Positions 1-12,883 of a DNA stretch of 64,000 bases are shown piece after piece. The DNA is taken from positions 115,568,001 through 115,632,000 of the forward strand of contig NC_043003.1 in NCBI RefSeq assembly GCF_006345805.1. Direction: 5' to 3'. Below the pieces are notes generated by a model. It did no database searches. It saw only the letters and a list, made by a program, of their open reading frames with translations, and was not told where the DNA came from. The stretch's first letter is position 1; each line of letters opens with the position of its first letter. Source of the stretch: Octopus sinensis (taxonomy: Eukaryota). The position numbers and the translations under genes were made by a program.

Positions 1-87
1 CTTTTGCCGAACCGCTAAGTGACGGGGACGTAAACAACACAGCATCGGTTGTCAAGCAATGCTAGGGGGACAAACACAGACACACAA

Positions 88-120
<33 letters not shown>

Positions 121-160
121 CATATATACGACGGGCTTCTCTCAGTTTCCGTCTACCAAA
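1..160 (-). mobile_element. tRNA-derived SINE family A, partial
   Basis: Matches the central/3' part of the fuller copies at 4455-4866 and 33888-34295 (ccgaaccgctaagtgacggggac...gacgggctt..cagtttccgtctaccaaa). Confidence 0.85.
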
Positions 161-292
161 TATAGTATTATTGGACGCTCAAGAAAGAAGGGAAGCTCTT
201 CGTCGGAAACATAGGAGAAGGAAAGATCCAGAGAAGGAAAGACAGAGGAAAAAATATCGCCAATGGTACACGCGAGGTCAAGACGTCAGCCC
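160..292 (-). mobile_element. Truncated Penelope-like fragment, same family as 11680-11895
   Basis: The reverse complement matches 11680-11830 and keeps the CCGACGA motif, but stem II/GAAA is deleted. Confidence 0.65.
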
Positions 293-414
293 CGACATCG
301 GAAACTCTGTTTTACTATGACAACCAACTAAATGTCACATATTATATTTATAGATAAATTCCTCTATTTTACATAATATCGCGGTCTCATTCATTTTTTG
401 TTGTCGTATTATTA

Positions 415-461
<47 letters not shown>

Positions 462-890
462 TTATATACATGTGTTCATATTCCTATATATGTGTGTATG
501 TATGTTTATACGTGTTTGTGTGTGTGTGTTTATATATTCAAGATACATGTTGGATTTGTGTTTACATATATATACGTGTAATATATGCGCATATATTCAT
601 ATATGTGCATATGTTTGAATTAATGCTTGTATGGAGATAGAGAGAGAGAAAGAAAGAGAATGAGAAAGGAAGATATATTTTGAAACAAACGTTTGATCGT
701 GCCCCGTTTTTCTATTTTTAATGCTCTTTATCTCCCATACGCTACATGTTTATCAACAGCTACAGCAACTCTTGTACGAATGAATTTCCCTGTGTATATG
801 ATCATGCTTCAAAAGAGAAATATTTAAACAGACGGCCGTTTGGCGCACTCTCATCGAGCTTTCAGGGTTTTGTTGAAGCCATGTTTGTGT

Positions 891-921
<31 letters not shown>

Positions 922-940
922 TATATATTATATATATATA

Positions 941-1004
<64 letters not shown>

Positions 1005-1024
1005 ATGTATATCTATATATATAT

Positions 1025-1059
<35 letters not shown>

Positions 1060-1061
1060 AT

Positions 1062-1112
<51 letters not shown>

Positions 1113-2619
1113 ATGCGTGTATTTTTGTGTGTTGTATTTCTTTCTGCCTATATGTGTGCATGTATACGTATTAGTTTTTAGCTGTGTGCATTTGTGTGTT
1201 TGTGTGTGTGTGTTGTGTCGAGTATATGTGCAAAGATATGGATCCATATGAATATTAATTACTCTGCTTTCTTTCGTTAAACCACCAGAAGTAAATAATG
1301 CTGCGTAAAAATGCATAAGCTTATACGCACATGCACTCAACTGAAACATATACACTCGCTTTGTTTCACACTCACTCATTAACCACAAACACACGAGCAC
1401 GCAGACATTTGTGTTGCCACATATGTGAACACCAATCGCACGTAGAAGTATAGATCCGCAATGCTCCTACCACCGTACGCATGCGTGTACGCAGTTATCT
1501 ATATAGAGAGGAATAACATAAGGACGGATATGTTGAAGCCAGTTTATCTATTAACTCATTATTTCAAATAGCTGAAACATTCCATCCAGACACCTTTTCA
1601 ATAACACTCAAGCTGAAAATTTAACACTAATGTTTGTTTGTCATGCAATTTCTACCATCTGCTTACTAATCACATACTTGGTTATTGGTTAGTTTGCACT
1701 TTTATTCAGGAGTGCCATTGCGCTAGAATATGTCGGTGCGACGTGTGCTGTTATATAAAAGTATTATCTGTGTTGGCGTAGCTTAGCTCACTTGGCTAGC
1801 ACTGTGTATGCCAATGTGTGTATGGTGTGTGCTTCTGTTTTGTGTGTAGGTTGGTTTTGGTTCGAGATGTGTTCCATGGTATCGTGTCTACAGGGGAATA
1901 GAGATCAGCTTTTGCGTATGTGTGTATACGTGTGTATGTGTGTGTTTGTGTCTGTGGCTGTTGAGCGTGTATGCTTGTTGTACAGTCATACCCCTCGAAA
2001 GTATTTGCGTAACGGGTGTCTTTCGTGCGTAGTTGTGTAAGTCGGTTGTGTAGTAACGTATTAGCACGAGTATCTGTGTGCTTCCAGGCGCGATATCTGA
2101 TCTCACATCAGCCATTTGCCTTGTAGGATATGTATATTTGCAGGGGCAGAGTATGCTATACATCTGTATGTGTATCTGGCTCAATGCGTGTTTTGTGTGT
2201 GTTGATCCTGATAGCTTCATGATAGACTACATATTTACGTTAAATCTTTATTGTATGGATATGATTATGTGCAACCTACGAATATATAATAGAGTACACT
2301 TGTGTACGTGTGTACGTGTATTACTCATTGTTATAACCTATTCTTTTTCTACTAATGTCTTATGGATGTACGTGTGAATTTAGGTGTGTAGGTGCGTGTG
2401 TCTGACATCTAAGTGTACTTTGCATTGAGACTGTGTGTGTGAGTTTGTGGGAGGTGGTTATGCAACCAGTTGGTGAATCAACCAAGCCATGACCGAGAGT
2501 ACCATTGCTTTGCTTCTGACTTTTTAGTGTGTGTGTATACGTTCTGTGTTGCGTGTGTGTGTATGCGTGCACCGTGTATTTTATCTGTTATATTCCTGTT
2601 GCTGTGTTGTTATTATTAT

Positions 2620-2790
2620 GGCAGCGAAAGGCGTTGAGCTGGCAGAATCGTTAACACGCTGGGCAAAATGCTTAGCGGTGTTTCGACCCTCTTCACGTTC
2701 TGAATTCAAATTCCGCTCTGAGGTCGACTTTGCCTTTCATTTCTCCGGGGTCGATAAATTAAGTACCAGTGAGAGAGGAATCGACCCAAA
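2620..2790 (+). mobile_element. tRNA-derived SINE family B, partial
   Basis: ggcgttgagctggcagaatcgttaac...gttctgaattcaaattcc..gaggtcgactttgcctttcat..ggggtcgataaattaagtaccag; homologous to 17998-18222, 43790-43948 and 48590-49155. Confidence 0.85.
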
Positions 2791-2884
2791 TATCAGGCCT
2801 TGTGTCTTCAGTAGAAAGGATTCTTATTGTTATTATTCTTATACACACAACAGATTAAACTTTTGGAACCCCAAATTTCCTTAA

Positions 2885-3340
2885 AACGGTCTACAACAAG
2901 CAACGCTACAGACACGAATGCGCCGTCAGACGGGCGTGTCCGAGGTGCGCGCAATGACGAAACCGTTCTGCACACATTCGATCAGTGTCCCAGCATTGCT
3001 GATCTATTATGCCGAACAGCTGTTATCACGTGTGGGACATATCCTTCCGTCGGTCGAGTTTGCGGTGATGATCGCACTGGTGCCCTCCTTCAATCGGGCA
3101 GCCAACACAATTTTCCTTTGCCTGGTGGCTGAGGTAAAAGGCGCTGTTTGGTGAAAGGTATGAGGGCATATACACTCCTCTTTGGTAGAGCTCTCATTGA
3201 CTTCTTCAAGTTTAACTTGAAAAGGAAATTGAGAGTAGAGAGGGAAGTGCTGTCCTCGAGTGAGTTTATTGAAAGGTCGGTGAAATTTTCGAAAATGGCA
3301 AGAGTGGATGGTACCTCTCTACGTGTAGACCTGTGAGTCG
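2885..3340 (+). mobile_element. L1/Tx1-like LINE ORF2 C-terminal fragment (degenerate)
   Basis: Frameshifted translation gives CPRCAQ..ETVLHTFDQCPSIADL...FLCLVAEVKGAVW, a C-x2-C...ET-x2-H-x4-C knuckle typical of L1/Tx1 ORF2 ends. Confidence 0.6.
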
Positions 3341-3643
3341 GAGACAAGTGGGGTTCCCCAATTATCTCTAGAGGCGTTCCTGTATCAGGAGCACCACATC
3401 TCCATCATCCTCCCCGACATTTTTAAAAACCATTGTATGCTATACACACGTCCCTTCTTTTTCAGTGTATGCCATGCATGCTTACTTTTTTCTTTTCTGT
3501 ATTTTTTTTTTGTCATTTCCTTATATGTAAACGCCCACACTATATGTCTGTCTTGGTATTGACACACATGCTTCGCACTTGTGGTAAATAAATGAAATCA
3601 TCATCATCAGCAACAGCACCAGCAGTAGCAGCAGTAGAAGGAA

Positions 3644-3689
<46 letters not shown>

Positions 3690-3693
3690 GGCG

Positions 3694-3759
<66 letters not shown>

Positions 3760-3899
3760 TCATTATTACTATAATAGACGTCGCAGAGTATACAATATCG
3801 TGAGGATGTTGACTGAAGATATTGTGCCTACCGGGGATTTTTATTGTTTGTCGTGTCACAAAAGGGACCTCAGACAGGTAGTACTTTATGCAATATGCG

Positions 3900-5225
3900 T
3901 GCAGTTCACAGTAATGCCCACTTTTGCAAAATTGTAGGGCATTTCTAAGGTTTTCAGTTTTTTTTTCTCCGACTAAATGGTATTGAACCCAATGCTCCGA
4001 TGAAAGTAGCGATAACCTTTATGCTTGACTCTTTTAGCCGCCACACCTTAGCAATCTCAGTTCTCAGCTCTCCATATTTATCAACCTTTCTCTTTCTTTC
4101 ATGACGATATATTGATCTCCTGGTCCTACTATGTCAATTATTAGGCACGCTTGTTTGTCCTTGCTAAAGGTTACTATATCCGGCTTTCGCTGATCTAACA
4201 CCGTGTTTGTCTGGAAATCAAAGTCCCAGAGGAATTTTGCCTTCCATTACGTTTTCCGGTGTATGTTGGTACCAAGCACCCGTAACCTCGTATCCATACA
4301 CATGACATAGTATCCAGTGAAGGTTTTGGGCCATTTTGTCGAGTCCACCCGTGTACTCTTTCTGAGCAAGAGTTTCACGAGCACTAACAATGTGAGACAC
4401 GTTTTCGACCCTCTTCCCACGCATTCAGCAGAGATCCGTCGCACTTGTGTGGTATACTCTTTTACTCTTCTACTTGTTTCAGTCATTTGACTGCGGCCAT
4501 GCTGGAGCACCGCCTTTAATCGAGCAACTCGACCCCGGAAGTTATTCTTTTGTAAGCGCAGTACTTATTCTATCGGTCTCTTTTGCCGAACCGCTAAGTG
4601 ACGGGGACATAATAAGCACACCAGCATCGGTTGTCAAGCAATGCTAGGGGGACAAACACAGACACACAAGCACACACACGCATATATATATATATATATA
4701 TACGACGGGCTTCTTTCAGTTTCCGTCTACCAAATCCACTCACAAGGCTTTGGTCGGCCCGAGGCTATAGTAGAAGACACTTGCCCAAGGTGCCACGCAG
4801 TGGGACTGAACCCGGAACCATGTGGTTGGTAAACAAGCTACTTACCACATAGCCACTCCTGCGCCTATATATATTCTTTTTACTGAGTTGGTATTCAATG
4901 CCTGGTCTTGGGCAGTGAGGATTAGATTTTCAAAATTTTTTTTAGGTTACCCTTGTTGAACCACCTCCATGATGAATGCTGGTCTTTTCCTTTATTGGTT
5001 CCCCGGTGAAACTGACCATGTAATTCCAAACGCTCATTAGCTGTTCTTGATCTGAATTCATGAGCACTCTCAATTGCATTTTGCTTAATTCCTTCTGCAC
5101 TTGCAGCATATTGTAGCAGGTCTTGTTTGCTGTTCACCAAATATTCTGCCATGATTCTTCCTTCACTGTTGATGCACTCCCGGACGCTAATCAGCCCAGC
5201 TCCACCTTTCAAGATGTAAAACAAG
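3900..5225 (-). mobile_element. R4/Dong-like non-LTR retrotransposon 3' fragment, interrupted by a SINE
   Basis: Minus-strand translation: GGAGLISV...LHGQF...W.WF.KG.LK, then ENVSHIVS...LHWILC...ILWDFDFQT...RKPDIV...LIID...DKYGEL...IGALG (zinc knuckle plus restriction-like endonuclease); stops and frameshifts present. Confidence 0.8.
4455..4866 (-). mobile_element. SINE family A, full length
   Basis: tRNA-like head (ggcgcaggagtggctatgtggtaag...ggttccgggttcagtccc), CORE-like ccttgggcaag, internal TA/TG tract, and a tail ending ctgaaacaagtagaagagtaaaagagta. Confidence 0.9.
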
Positions 5226-5324
5226 CAAAAAGGAAAAAATATTTTAGAGTTATACAGAAGTAGGATATATCCCACAAAGTCACGATAATTCACACATGTG
5301 CTGATGATGAAGATGACGAAAACG

Positions 5325-6125
5325 AGGAGAAGGGGATGTGGAGGAGCAGAAGGAGGAGAATGGAGGTGAAGAAGGAGAAAGGGAGATGAAGGAGAAGGAG
5401 TATGGAGGAGAAGGGGATGTGGAGGAGCAGAAGGAGGAGAATGGAGGTGAAGAAGGAGAAAGGGAGATGAAGGAGAAGGAGTATGGAGGAGAAGGGGATG
5501 TGGAGGAGCAGAAGGAGGAGAATGGAGGTGAAGAAGGAGAAAGGGAGATGAAGGAGAAGGAGTATGGAGGAGAAGGGGATGTGGAGGAGCAGAAGGAGGA
5601 GATGGAGGTGAAGAAGGAGAAGGGAGATGAAGGAGAAGAGTATGGAGGAGAAGGGGATGTGGAGGAGCAGAAGGAGGAGATGGAGGTGAAGAAGGAGGAG
5701 AATGGAGGTGAAGAAGGAGAAAGGGAGATGAAGGAGAAGGAGTATGAGGAGGAGGAGAGGGGATGTGGAGGAGCAGAAGAAGGAGGAGAATGGAGTGAAG
5801 AAGGAGAAAAGGAGATGAAGGAGAAGGAGTATGGAGGAGAAGGGGATGTGGAGGAGCAGAAGGAGGAGAATGGAGGTGAAGAAGGAGAAATGGAGATGAA
5901 GGAGAAGGAGTATGGAGGAGAAGGAGTATGGAGGAGAAGGGGATGTGGAGGAGCAGAAGGAGGAGAATGGAGGTGAAGAAGGAGAAAGGGAGATGAAGGA
6001 GAAGGAGTATGGAGGAGAAGGGGATGTGGAGGAGCAGAAGGAGGAGAATGGAGGTGAAGAAGGAGAAAGGGAGATGAAGGAGAAGGAGTATGGAGGAGAA
6101 GGGGATGTGGAGGAGCAGGAGTAGG
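5325..6125. repeat. GA-rich minisatellite, about 81-bp unit with shuffled sub-blocks
   Basis: Recurring ggggatgtggaggagcagaaggaggagaatggaggtgaagaaggagaaagggagatgaaggagaaggagtatggaggagaa; the track shows a 27-codon period (EEQKEENGGEEGEREMKEKEYGGEGDV). Confidence 0.9.
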
Positions 6126-6549
6126 ACGAGGAGGATAAGGATTATTTTCATCCTTATTGAAAGTAGCAATATACTTGAGATTAACGGGCTAATCCATACC
6201 CTCACAGTCAGTAGTTGACCAATATATATTTACTGACCCAATAAGGTGAAAGTCAATATTGATTATTGCTAGAAAGAGGTACATTGGCCATGCGAGTACA
6301 GAACACTGACGTAGACCCACCCTACATATACAACAAGAACGGAATGAAATTTCCTCGCTAATGGGTATAGCATGTTTACTGTAAAGAATTCCACACAATA
6401 TTGTGCGATTAATTATGGATGCAATATTCATGTGAAAACAATATTAACACACTTCCAAAACATCGCAAACAATTATTTTGTTACTGCATATTTCTAAATG
6501 ATTGCTTAATGGGATGTAACTAACATTACCGTTCCTAATTTGTTATAGG

Positions 6550-6606
<57 letters not shown>

Positions 6607-6959
6607 CGTGCGTCTGTCTGTCTGCCCGTCTTTCTGTGCCTGTGTATTCATGTAAATATAAATATATATGTTTGTATATATGTATGTGTATAGATATGTA
6701 TAGATAAATATCTACACATGCATTCGTATATTCAGCCATCGCTCCATTGATACATAGATACAGTAACGTACACACATACATATATACATACATACAATAA
6801 CGTGCACACATTCATACATACTTACATAAAATAATGGGCACACATACATACATACGTATATCTTACAGTGGCACCTGTTACAAAACACGTGTCAGTAAAG
6901 AATATTACAACAGAATAAAGAAAACTTGGAACTCTCTCCATTCAATAAGATGTCAATGC

Positions 6960-8045
6960 ATTTGCCCACAATGTATTTGCAGCGCCAGTACTCATACCAA
7001 CATGTGGGCTACTTTATTGGACACTTGATGATATCCAAGCCTCTGGTGTGAAAACCCGAAAAGTACTGACAGGCACACATAATTTTCACATGCATAAACA
7101 GTGACGTAGACTGCTTCTACCTAAAATGAAACCAAAGCGGCAGAAGATTATCATCGATCCAAAAGGCAATTGAATGTCGCATCACACTCCTTCGTCAATA
7201 ACCTTTAACCACCAAGTGCCGAAGTGCATCCTTTGACCTAGTCTGCATACTTGAGGCTGAAAACATCTTAAGACTTGAAAGGCAGATCCCTGAGCAACAC
7301 TCTTTGTATGATAATCTAGAATATATGCCCAAAGGAGTCGCACGACACTAGTGCAACGCATCATCAGATGAAAGGATGAGCCTCTATGAGCAGACGACTA
7401 TGCATCGCCATGTTAGTAGAAAGCTCTGTGATGATAGTAACATCGATCGTCAAAGCATTTTATTATGGACTAATATCCTCCCACTTTGAAAGGTAACGCT
7501 TTTGCAATCTAGAAACAGGTAATATCAACAAGATGCACAAAGGGGATAGAAATGTAGGAAAAGCAGTATAAAAATGTAACAACCGATGCAGACTTTGTCG
7601 AGATCACAGTGAAGGTATCCCCCACATCATAAGTAATTGTCCGAGAATGTCATCGCTGTATTATCAACCGATGAGATATGGTGTTGTTGCTAGGACACTC
7701 ATTCTATAATGAAATCTGTCGGAAGGATAATCCGGAGGACAAAGGAATAAAACCCACAGTATGGTAGAAGCCATAACCACTCATAATGAAAAGGAATAGT
7801 GATGGAATGTACCAGTGAATACCTCAATACATTGTAAGCACAACAGACTTGATATAATGATTTGGGTAGAGGAGAGAAACTGTGCACAGTTGTGGAAATT
7901 AGCTGTAATTATTGGGGCCCTGAGATATGTAACACACTGCTTAAATACCAATCTTGAGAAATTAGGCTTCTCAAAACTAGAAAGGAGAAAGCTAATTCGA
8001 AGACTACAGATCCAATCCATCACAGGAACAGTAAAAATCTGAAAA
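6960..8045 (+). mobile_element. R4/Dong-like LINE 3' fragment (degenerate)
   Basis: DVDCFYL..SGRRL (cf. DVDRLYL..GGRGL) and the C-terminal AVIIGALRYVTHCLNTNLEKLGF...LQIQSITGTVKI of the restriction-like endonuclease. Confidence 0.7.
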
Positions 8046-8188
8046 AAAGTTTTAGAAGTTTATCATTTAAATATATATATAAACATATCTAGATATGCAA
8101 GTATATGCATGAGAATAAATACATACATACATAAAACATACAAATCTGCACATACATACATACATACATACATACATACATACATACA

Positions 8189-8220
<32 letters not shown>

Positions 8221-8915
8221 AACATACAAAAATGCCCTGTTGTTGATGTTGAAATTCTAATGTTGGAGCCTTGGATCTAGGTTAGAAACCGGTTCTGTCT
8301 CTATTGGCAATTAATCTTGAAATAAACTGAACATTGACATACATACATATGTACATATTTATATACACCCACTTAATTTCATTCAATTTTGAAGTTCGAT
8401 CTCAACCTTTAACAGATTACATTCTTTTCTTCCAATCTTCTATTCCTTCATTTTGTATTTCTGGTTGTAACATTACCGATGTAACGTCTCAAATAGTCTC
8501 CGTTTATTGTTTCCGAGAAGTCAACATGAACACTTCATTTTTGAAGGACAATAGAATATTCTTCTGTTATTTACTGTACTCGACTGTTTTATTCCCACTT
8601 TCGCTCATCACATTGTGTGACCTATTCAATTGACCATAAATATGTTGACTTTGTTCCCTGACAAATACCCGCCCTACAGCACTGGCTGCTACGTCACATT
8701 TTCCAGGCATTCAGACCAAAGTAAAGTGGACAGAAACCTTATCACTGAAACTCTACTGAATGTAGACAATACATTGTCGTCGATATATACACAAGTCGGA
8801 AATTTACTGAACATCCGCTTTTATAAATACCGGATAATAAGACTACGTATTTCATTTTTCACTTGTCACATATTCATCTTTGTTTTATTGTTTATATATA
8901 TGCTGTGTGTGTGTA

Positions 8916-8959
<44 letters not shown>

Positions 8960-9234
8960 AATATATTCACAATGGACTACAGGGTATATTCAGAATCATA
9001 TGTTATTCATATTGGACATTGTTTTTAGCCTAAAGCTATCCATGGACTTCCCATTTCTCCCTTCTATTGTCCTGTTTCTTTAACATTTTTTCTGGTGTTA
9101 ATCGCTTGTGTTTTTTATGGTTTCTCTTTCTTTCAGAGCTTTGATGCAATATCGTTTTGATAATTTACATACAACCATGATATTCCTCCTAAACTATTAT
9201 GCAAAGCCCATCATAAATATTGTACATGCATACG

Positions 9235-9385
9235 TAAGGCGTGGATGGGTGCCCGCTTTCTTCCCAACCACATGGTTCCGGATTCCACCCTGCTGCGTGT
9301 CAACTTTGTCAAGTCTGTTCCACCTTTGCCTTCGATCGACCGAATCTACGTGAGTGGATCTGTAAGACAGAAACGTCGTATGTGT
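9235..9385 (+). mobile_element. SINE family A, degenerate 5' half
   Basis: ccaaccacatggttccggattccacc...gtgagtggat...agacagaaac..gtcgtat. Confidence 0.7.
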
Positions 9386-9406
9386 ATGTGTATATGTGTG
9401 TATATG

Positions 9407-9456
<50 letters not shown>

Positions 9457-9554
9457 TTCAGCAAAAATTTAGATTCAAATGAATATGGTACTTAATTTAG
9501 ATGCACCAGAATTTTGTAGGGTGTTATCCATAAAAATCTGTGGGGAGATTATAA

Positions 9555-9606
9555 TCAAAATAAGCAACAAGAATGACTCCGGAGTCATTCTTGTTGCTTA
9601 TTTTGA
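9555..9606. repeat. Perfect 52-bp palindrome
   Basis: tcaaaataagcaacaagaatgactcc|ggagtcattcttgttgcttattttga; the right arm recurs at about 39403-39430. Confidence 0.95.
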
Positions 9607-9632
9607 GTATATATGTATATATATATATATAT

Positions 9633-10447
9633 TTTCCTAAAACTTGATTTCGAAACGTACGTCCGTAGGTGACTTAAAATTGTATGATAGATTGCCGTCA
9701 TTTCATTCTCTCTTACCTGTCTGTGTTTGCCTTTCAAGTGCTGTATTTTTACTGAGATCTCCCTTTTAGTAGAAAGAATAGCTATAACTCTTTGACTGCT
9801 ATTTCTAAATTCGGTGTGTGGTGAGGCAATTCGTTGCTAAACCCTTAATTGCTTAGTATTACTTAAATTTTCCTCGAATGAGGCTTTTACATGCCGAAAT
9901 CTACTTGGTGTAATTAATAATTATTCCAAATTAATTAATTTCACCCTTTATTGTAACTGATAACCATATTTTATCCCAGTAAATGACCACAGCATCTTGT
10001 CTTGGCTACACACGGGTGGAAAGGGGCTGGTGACACAAACTTTCATTCACACTTTGAATTTCGTGGTACTGGTAATGCTTTAGCTCGCTCTGACACTGAG
10101 TTGAGATGATGCCTTCTAGTATCTCAAAATTTAATATACAATTATTCATAATTGTAGTATCCTACGCTGATGAGAAAAGAAGTTGGGTAAGGTAGAATTA
10201 TCTAATTCTTATGCTTTCCTAAAACTTGATTTCGAAACGTACGTCCGTGGGTGACTTAAAATTGTATGATAGATTGCCGTCATTTCATTCTCTCTTACCT
10301 GTCTGTGTTTGCCTTTCAAGTGGTGTATTTTTACTGAGATCTCCCTTTTAGTAGAAAGAATAGCTATAACTCTTTGACTGCTATTTCTAAATTCGGTGTG
10401 TGGTGAGGCAATTCGTTGCTAAACCCTTAATTGCTTAGTATTACTTA
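9633..10447 (+). mobile_element. Non-coding Penelope-like/retrozyme-like unit: 582-bp monomer with 233-bp direct terminal repeats
   Basis: 9633-9865 equals 10215-10447 except for 2 substitutions seen; (TA)n on both sides; hammerhead across the repeat junction; no ORF. Confidence 0.8.
10161..10251 (+). ncRNA. Type I hammerhead ribozyme, canonical core, extended stem II
   Basis: cctacg CTGATGA gaaa...tttc GAAA c gtac GTC|cgtggg: 6-bp stem I, G-C closed stem II with inner aagtt/aactt and agaatt/aattct helices, palindromic ACGTACGT stem III, predicted cut after 10245. Confidence 0.85.
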
Positions 10448-10470
10448 TATATATATATATTATATATATA

Positions 10471-10519
<49 letters not shown>

Positions 10520-10564
10520 AATATATATATATATATTATATATATATATATACATACATTGTAT

Positions 10565-10735
10565 CGTTTAACAACCAGTGTTAGTTTGTTTGCTATCAGT
10601 AACTTAACGGTTTGGAAAAGTTCACCGATAAGTGTCAGGTTCTAAGATATATTATGGGAGTGAATTTATTCGACTAAAATGTTTCAATGCGATGTTCCAG
10701 TATCGCCAACGAAGTAAGTAAAAAGCTGAAGGAAA
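10565..10735 (+). mobile_element. SINE family A, degenerate 3' half
   Basis: acaaccagtgttagtttgttt...aacttaacggtttggaaaag...ccgataag...ttcgactaaa...gatgttccagtat. Confidence 0.5.
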
Positions 10736-11004
10736 AAATACGTATACCTACGTGAAGAGCATTGAGATCTGAACCCTTCTAACCCCGCAGATCACGTAGT
10801 AAGCATTTTAGAAAAGCTGACCACAGCGAACTACGTCGTTGTTATGCAAGTATAAAAGATTTTTGTGGTGCAAACCTTTACATATTGCCAAACAATCACT
10901 GACAGTTTTGCGATAATCAACTAAAAGAAGTAAGACTCCATTACATTGAAATACACGCACATTAGTCCAACCATGACACAAGGAACGAGATTCTATATCG
11001 GTGA

Positions 11005-11510
11005 AATATATAATCCTTGCCTTCACTCCTTCGTTAGTGTTACAAGGAGTTTTGTTGGGCACTCGCTCAACTGCACCCCACACATAATAATCAATGGGGT
11101 TGCAGTCTGGGGAGTTAGGTGACCAGATGTTAGGGGTCATATGGTCGCAGAAATTGTCTGACAATCATAACTGGGTTCTCCTGCTTATGTGCCATGGTGC
11201 AGAGTCATGCTGCTAGACATAGGGTCTTCTAGCAGCCCCTCTCTTGACCCATGGCAGCACTACCTCCTCCAGGCACTTGATGTAGGCTTCTGTGTTGAGT
11301 CTGATGCCGTGTGGGAAGGTGAATGGAGGCATAACGTCACCATCATTAGTGATCACTCCAAACACCATGATGTTGACTGGATGTTTGATTTCTATCTCTC
11401 TCAGTACATGTCCTCATATTGCACTGTCCTTAGATTGACATCCAAACAATCTGAAATGTTCGGACCGAAGTTTCCGGTACAAATATCAAGCAGTACTGCA
11501 TGACGCCTCC
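11005..11510 (-). mobile_element. IS630-Tc1-mariner DD37D (maT-type) transposase relic
   Basis: Minus strand reads ...RRPYV*QHDSAPWHISRRTQL*LSDNFCDHMTPNIWSPNSPDCNPIDYYVWGAVER, with 37 residues between the 2nd and 3rd catalytic Asp and in-frame stops. Confidence 0.85.
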
Positions 11511-11679
11511 GAAATTCTGACAAACGATATTTGTCTCAAGGTATTGGTTTTCTCACAGACGTTGCTCAACTGACCGTACTATACTGTGTAAACGACAACA
11601 CCAACAAAAACAACAAGGCGTACGTGAGAAATTAAAATTATAACATGGCAACAATTTACCCAACGTACCCTATATATAT

Positions 11680-11895
11680 AGATATTTCAAAATGTGACCG
11701 CGTGTGTACCGTTGGTGTTTTTTTTCCTCTGTCTTCCCTTCTCTGGATCTTTCCTTCTCCTGTGTTTCCGACGAAGAGCTCCGCTCGAAACGTTAAACCT
11801 TCCTTCTTTCCTGAGCGTCCAATAATACTATATTTGTTCCACGTCCCCGCGTTGTTGTGTTTTTTTTGTGCTTTCTTGTTTGGATTAACTTTAAA
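11680..11895 (+). mobile_element. Short Penelope-like fragment carrying a minimal hammerhead
   Basis: Homologous to 160-292 and 34318-34530; TA-flanked; contains the motif at 11764-11798. Confidence 0.65.
11764..11798 (+). ncRNA. Minimal hammerhead motif (CCGA variant, extra A after A9)
   Basis: gttt CCGACGA a gagc tcc gctc GAAA c GTT|aaac; palindromic AACGTT stem III, which would need a dimer. Confidence 0.6.
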
Positions 11896-12840
11896 TATAT
11901 ATATATATATACCGACATATATACATATACATATACACGGGTGAGTGGACAGACAAATCTACTCAACACGTATTGTAGGAGTTAAATATGTTATTATTTA
12001 AAACAGTTTGATTGGTTCGCATGCAAATGAAACTTTTGTAGGTTTCTTACAGAAATGTCTCTCGTCGGCCTCAGTTAACCAAATGAAGTGATGCAGGATT
12101 CTTACCTGTCCAATCAATCTCCTGAACCCGGCGATATAGGTTTCCGTAAAAAGCCTACGCAAATTTAAGCTGCATGGGTGGAAGCAGCTATCTTACGGGA
12201 TGGTACTAAACAGAAACATTAAAAATTACACACACACATATGTAAGTATATATATATATGCATGTATGTATGGTTTATGTACATAAATCTGTTTAATATC
12301 GTCAGTTTTTTGTGCTTGTCTAGCTTCAAATCGAGCAAGATCTACGCTAAAGAATACCAATCCAATGAAAGACCTAAAATGTAATTAACTATCTTGGACT
12401 AAGTTTAACCTCACTGCCAAAGCTTGCTGCGTTTTTGGAGAACTTCCAGATGCTTTGACGAGAAACAGTAGTGTGGTAAGTTAGAATGGAAGCCAGCTTT
12501 TCAAAATCAATGTGTATTGATTGTCTCTAGCTGTCGGCATTTGTCTGCCTATGAGTGTGCGTTTTTCTATATATATGATATATTGTGTTTGTCCTCCTGG
12601 TAATATATTTATGTTTCAATATGTGAATTTATACATATTTGTAGTCGATATGTTTACTAGTATATGAGAATTCATTTTTCTATGTAATCTATATTTTTTG
12701 TGTCTATGAGTATCTAATATTCTATAATATACGTACGAAATATACATATAATAGCTACAGGTTTTACACGTTTGATTAACATATTCATACATGCATACAT
12801 GCATACGCACGCACTCACACGTATACACATACTTATTATA

Positions 12841-12880
<40 letters not shown>

Positions 12881-12883
<3 letters not shown>

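Noticed and set aside
746-1400. ORFs rich in YI/IY/CV/HT (also about 14.1-14.5, 20.7-21.9, 34.4-34.9, 37.6-39.7 kb)
   Set aside because: Translations of (TA)n, (TG)n and (TATG)n microsatellites.
4922-6205. 427-aa minus-strand ORF
   Set aside because: A pyrimidine-rich minisatellite that lacks stops by composition, fused by chance to a Dong/R4 fragment.
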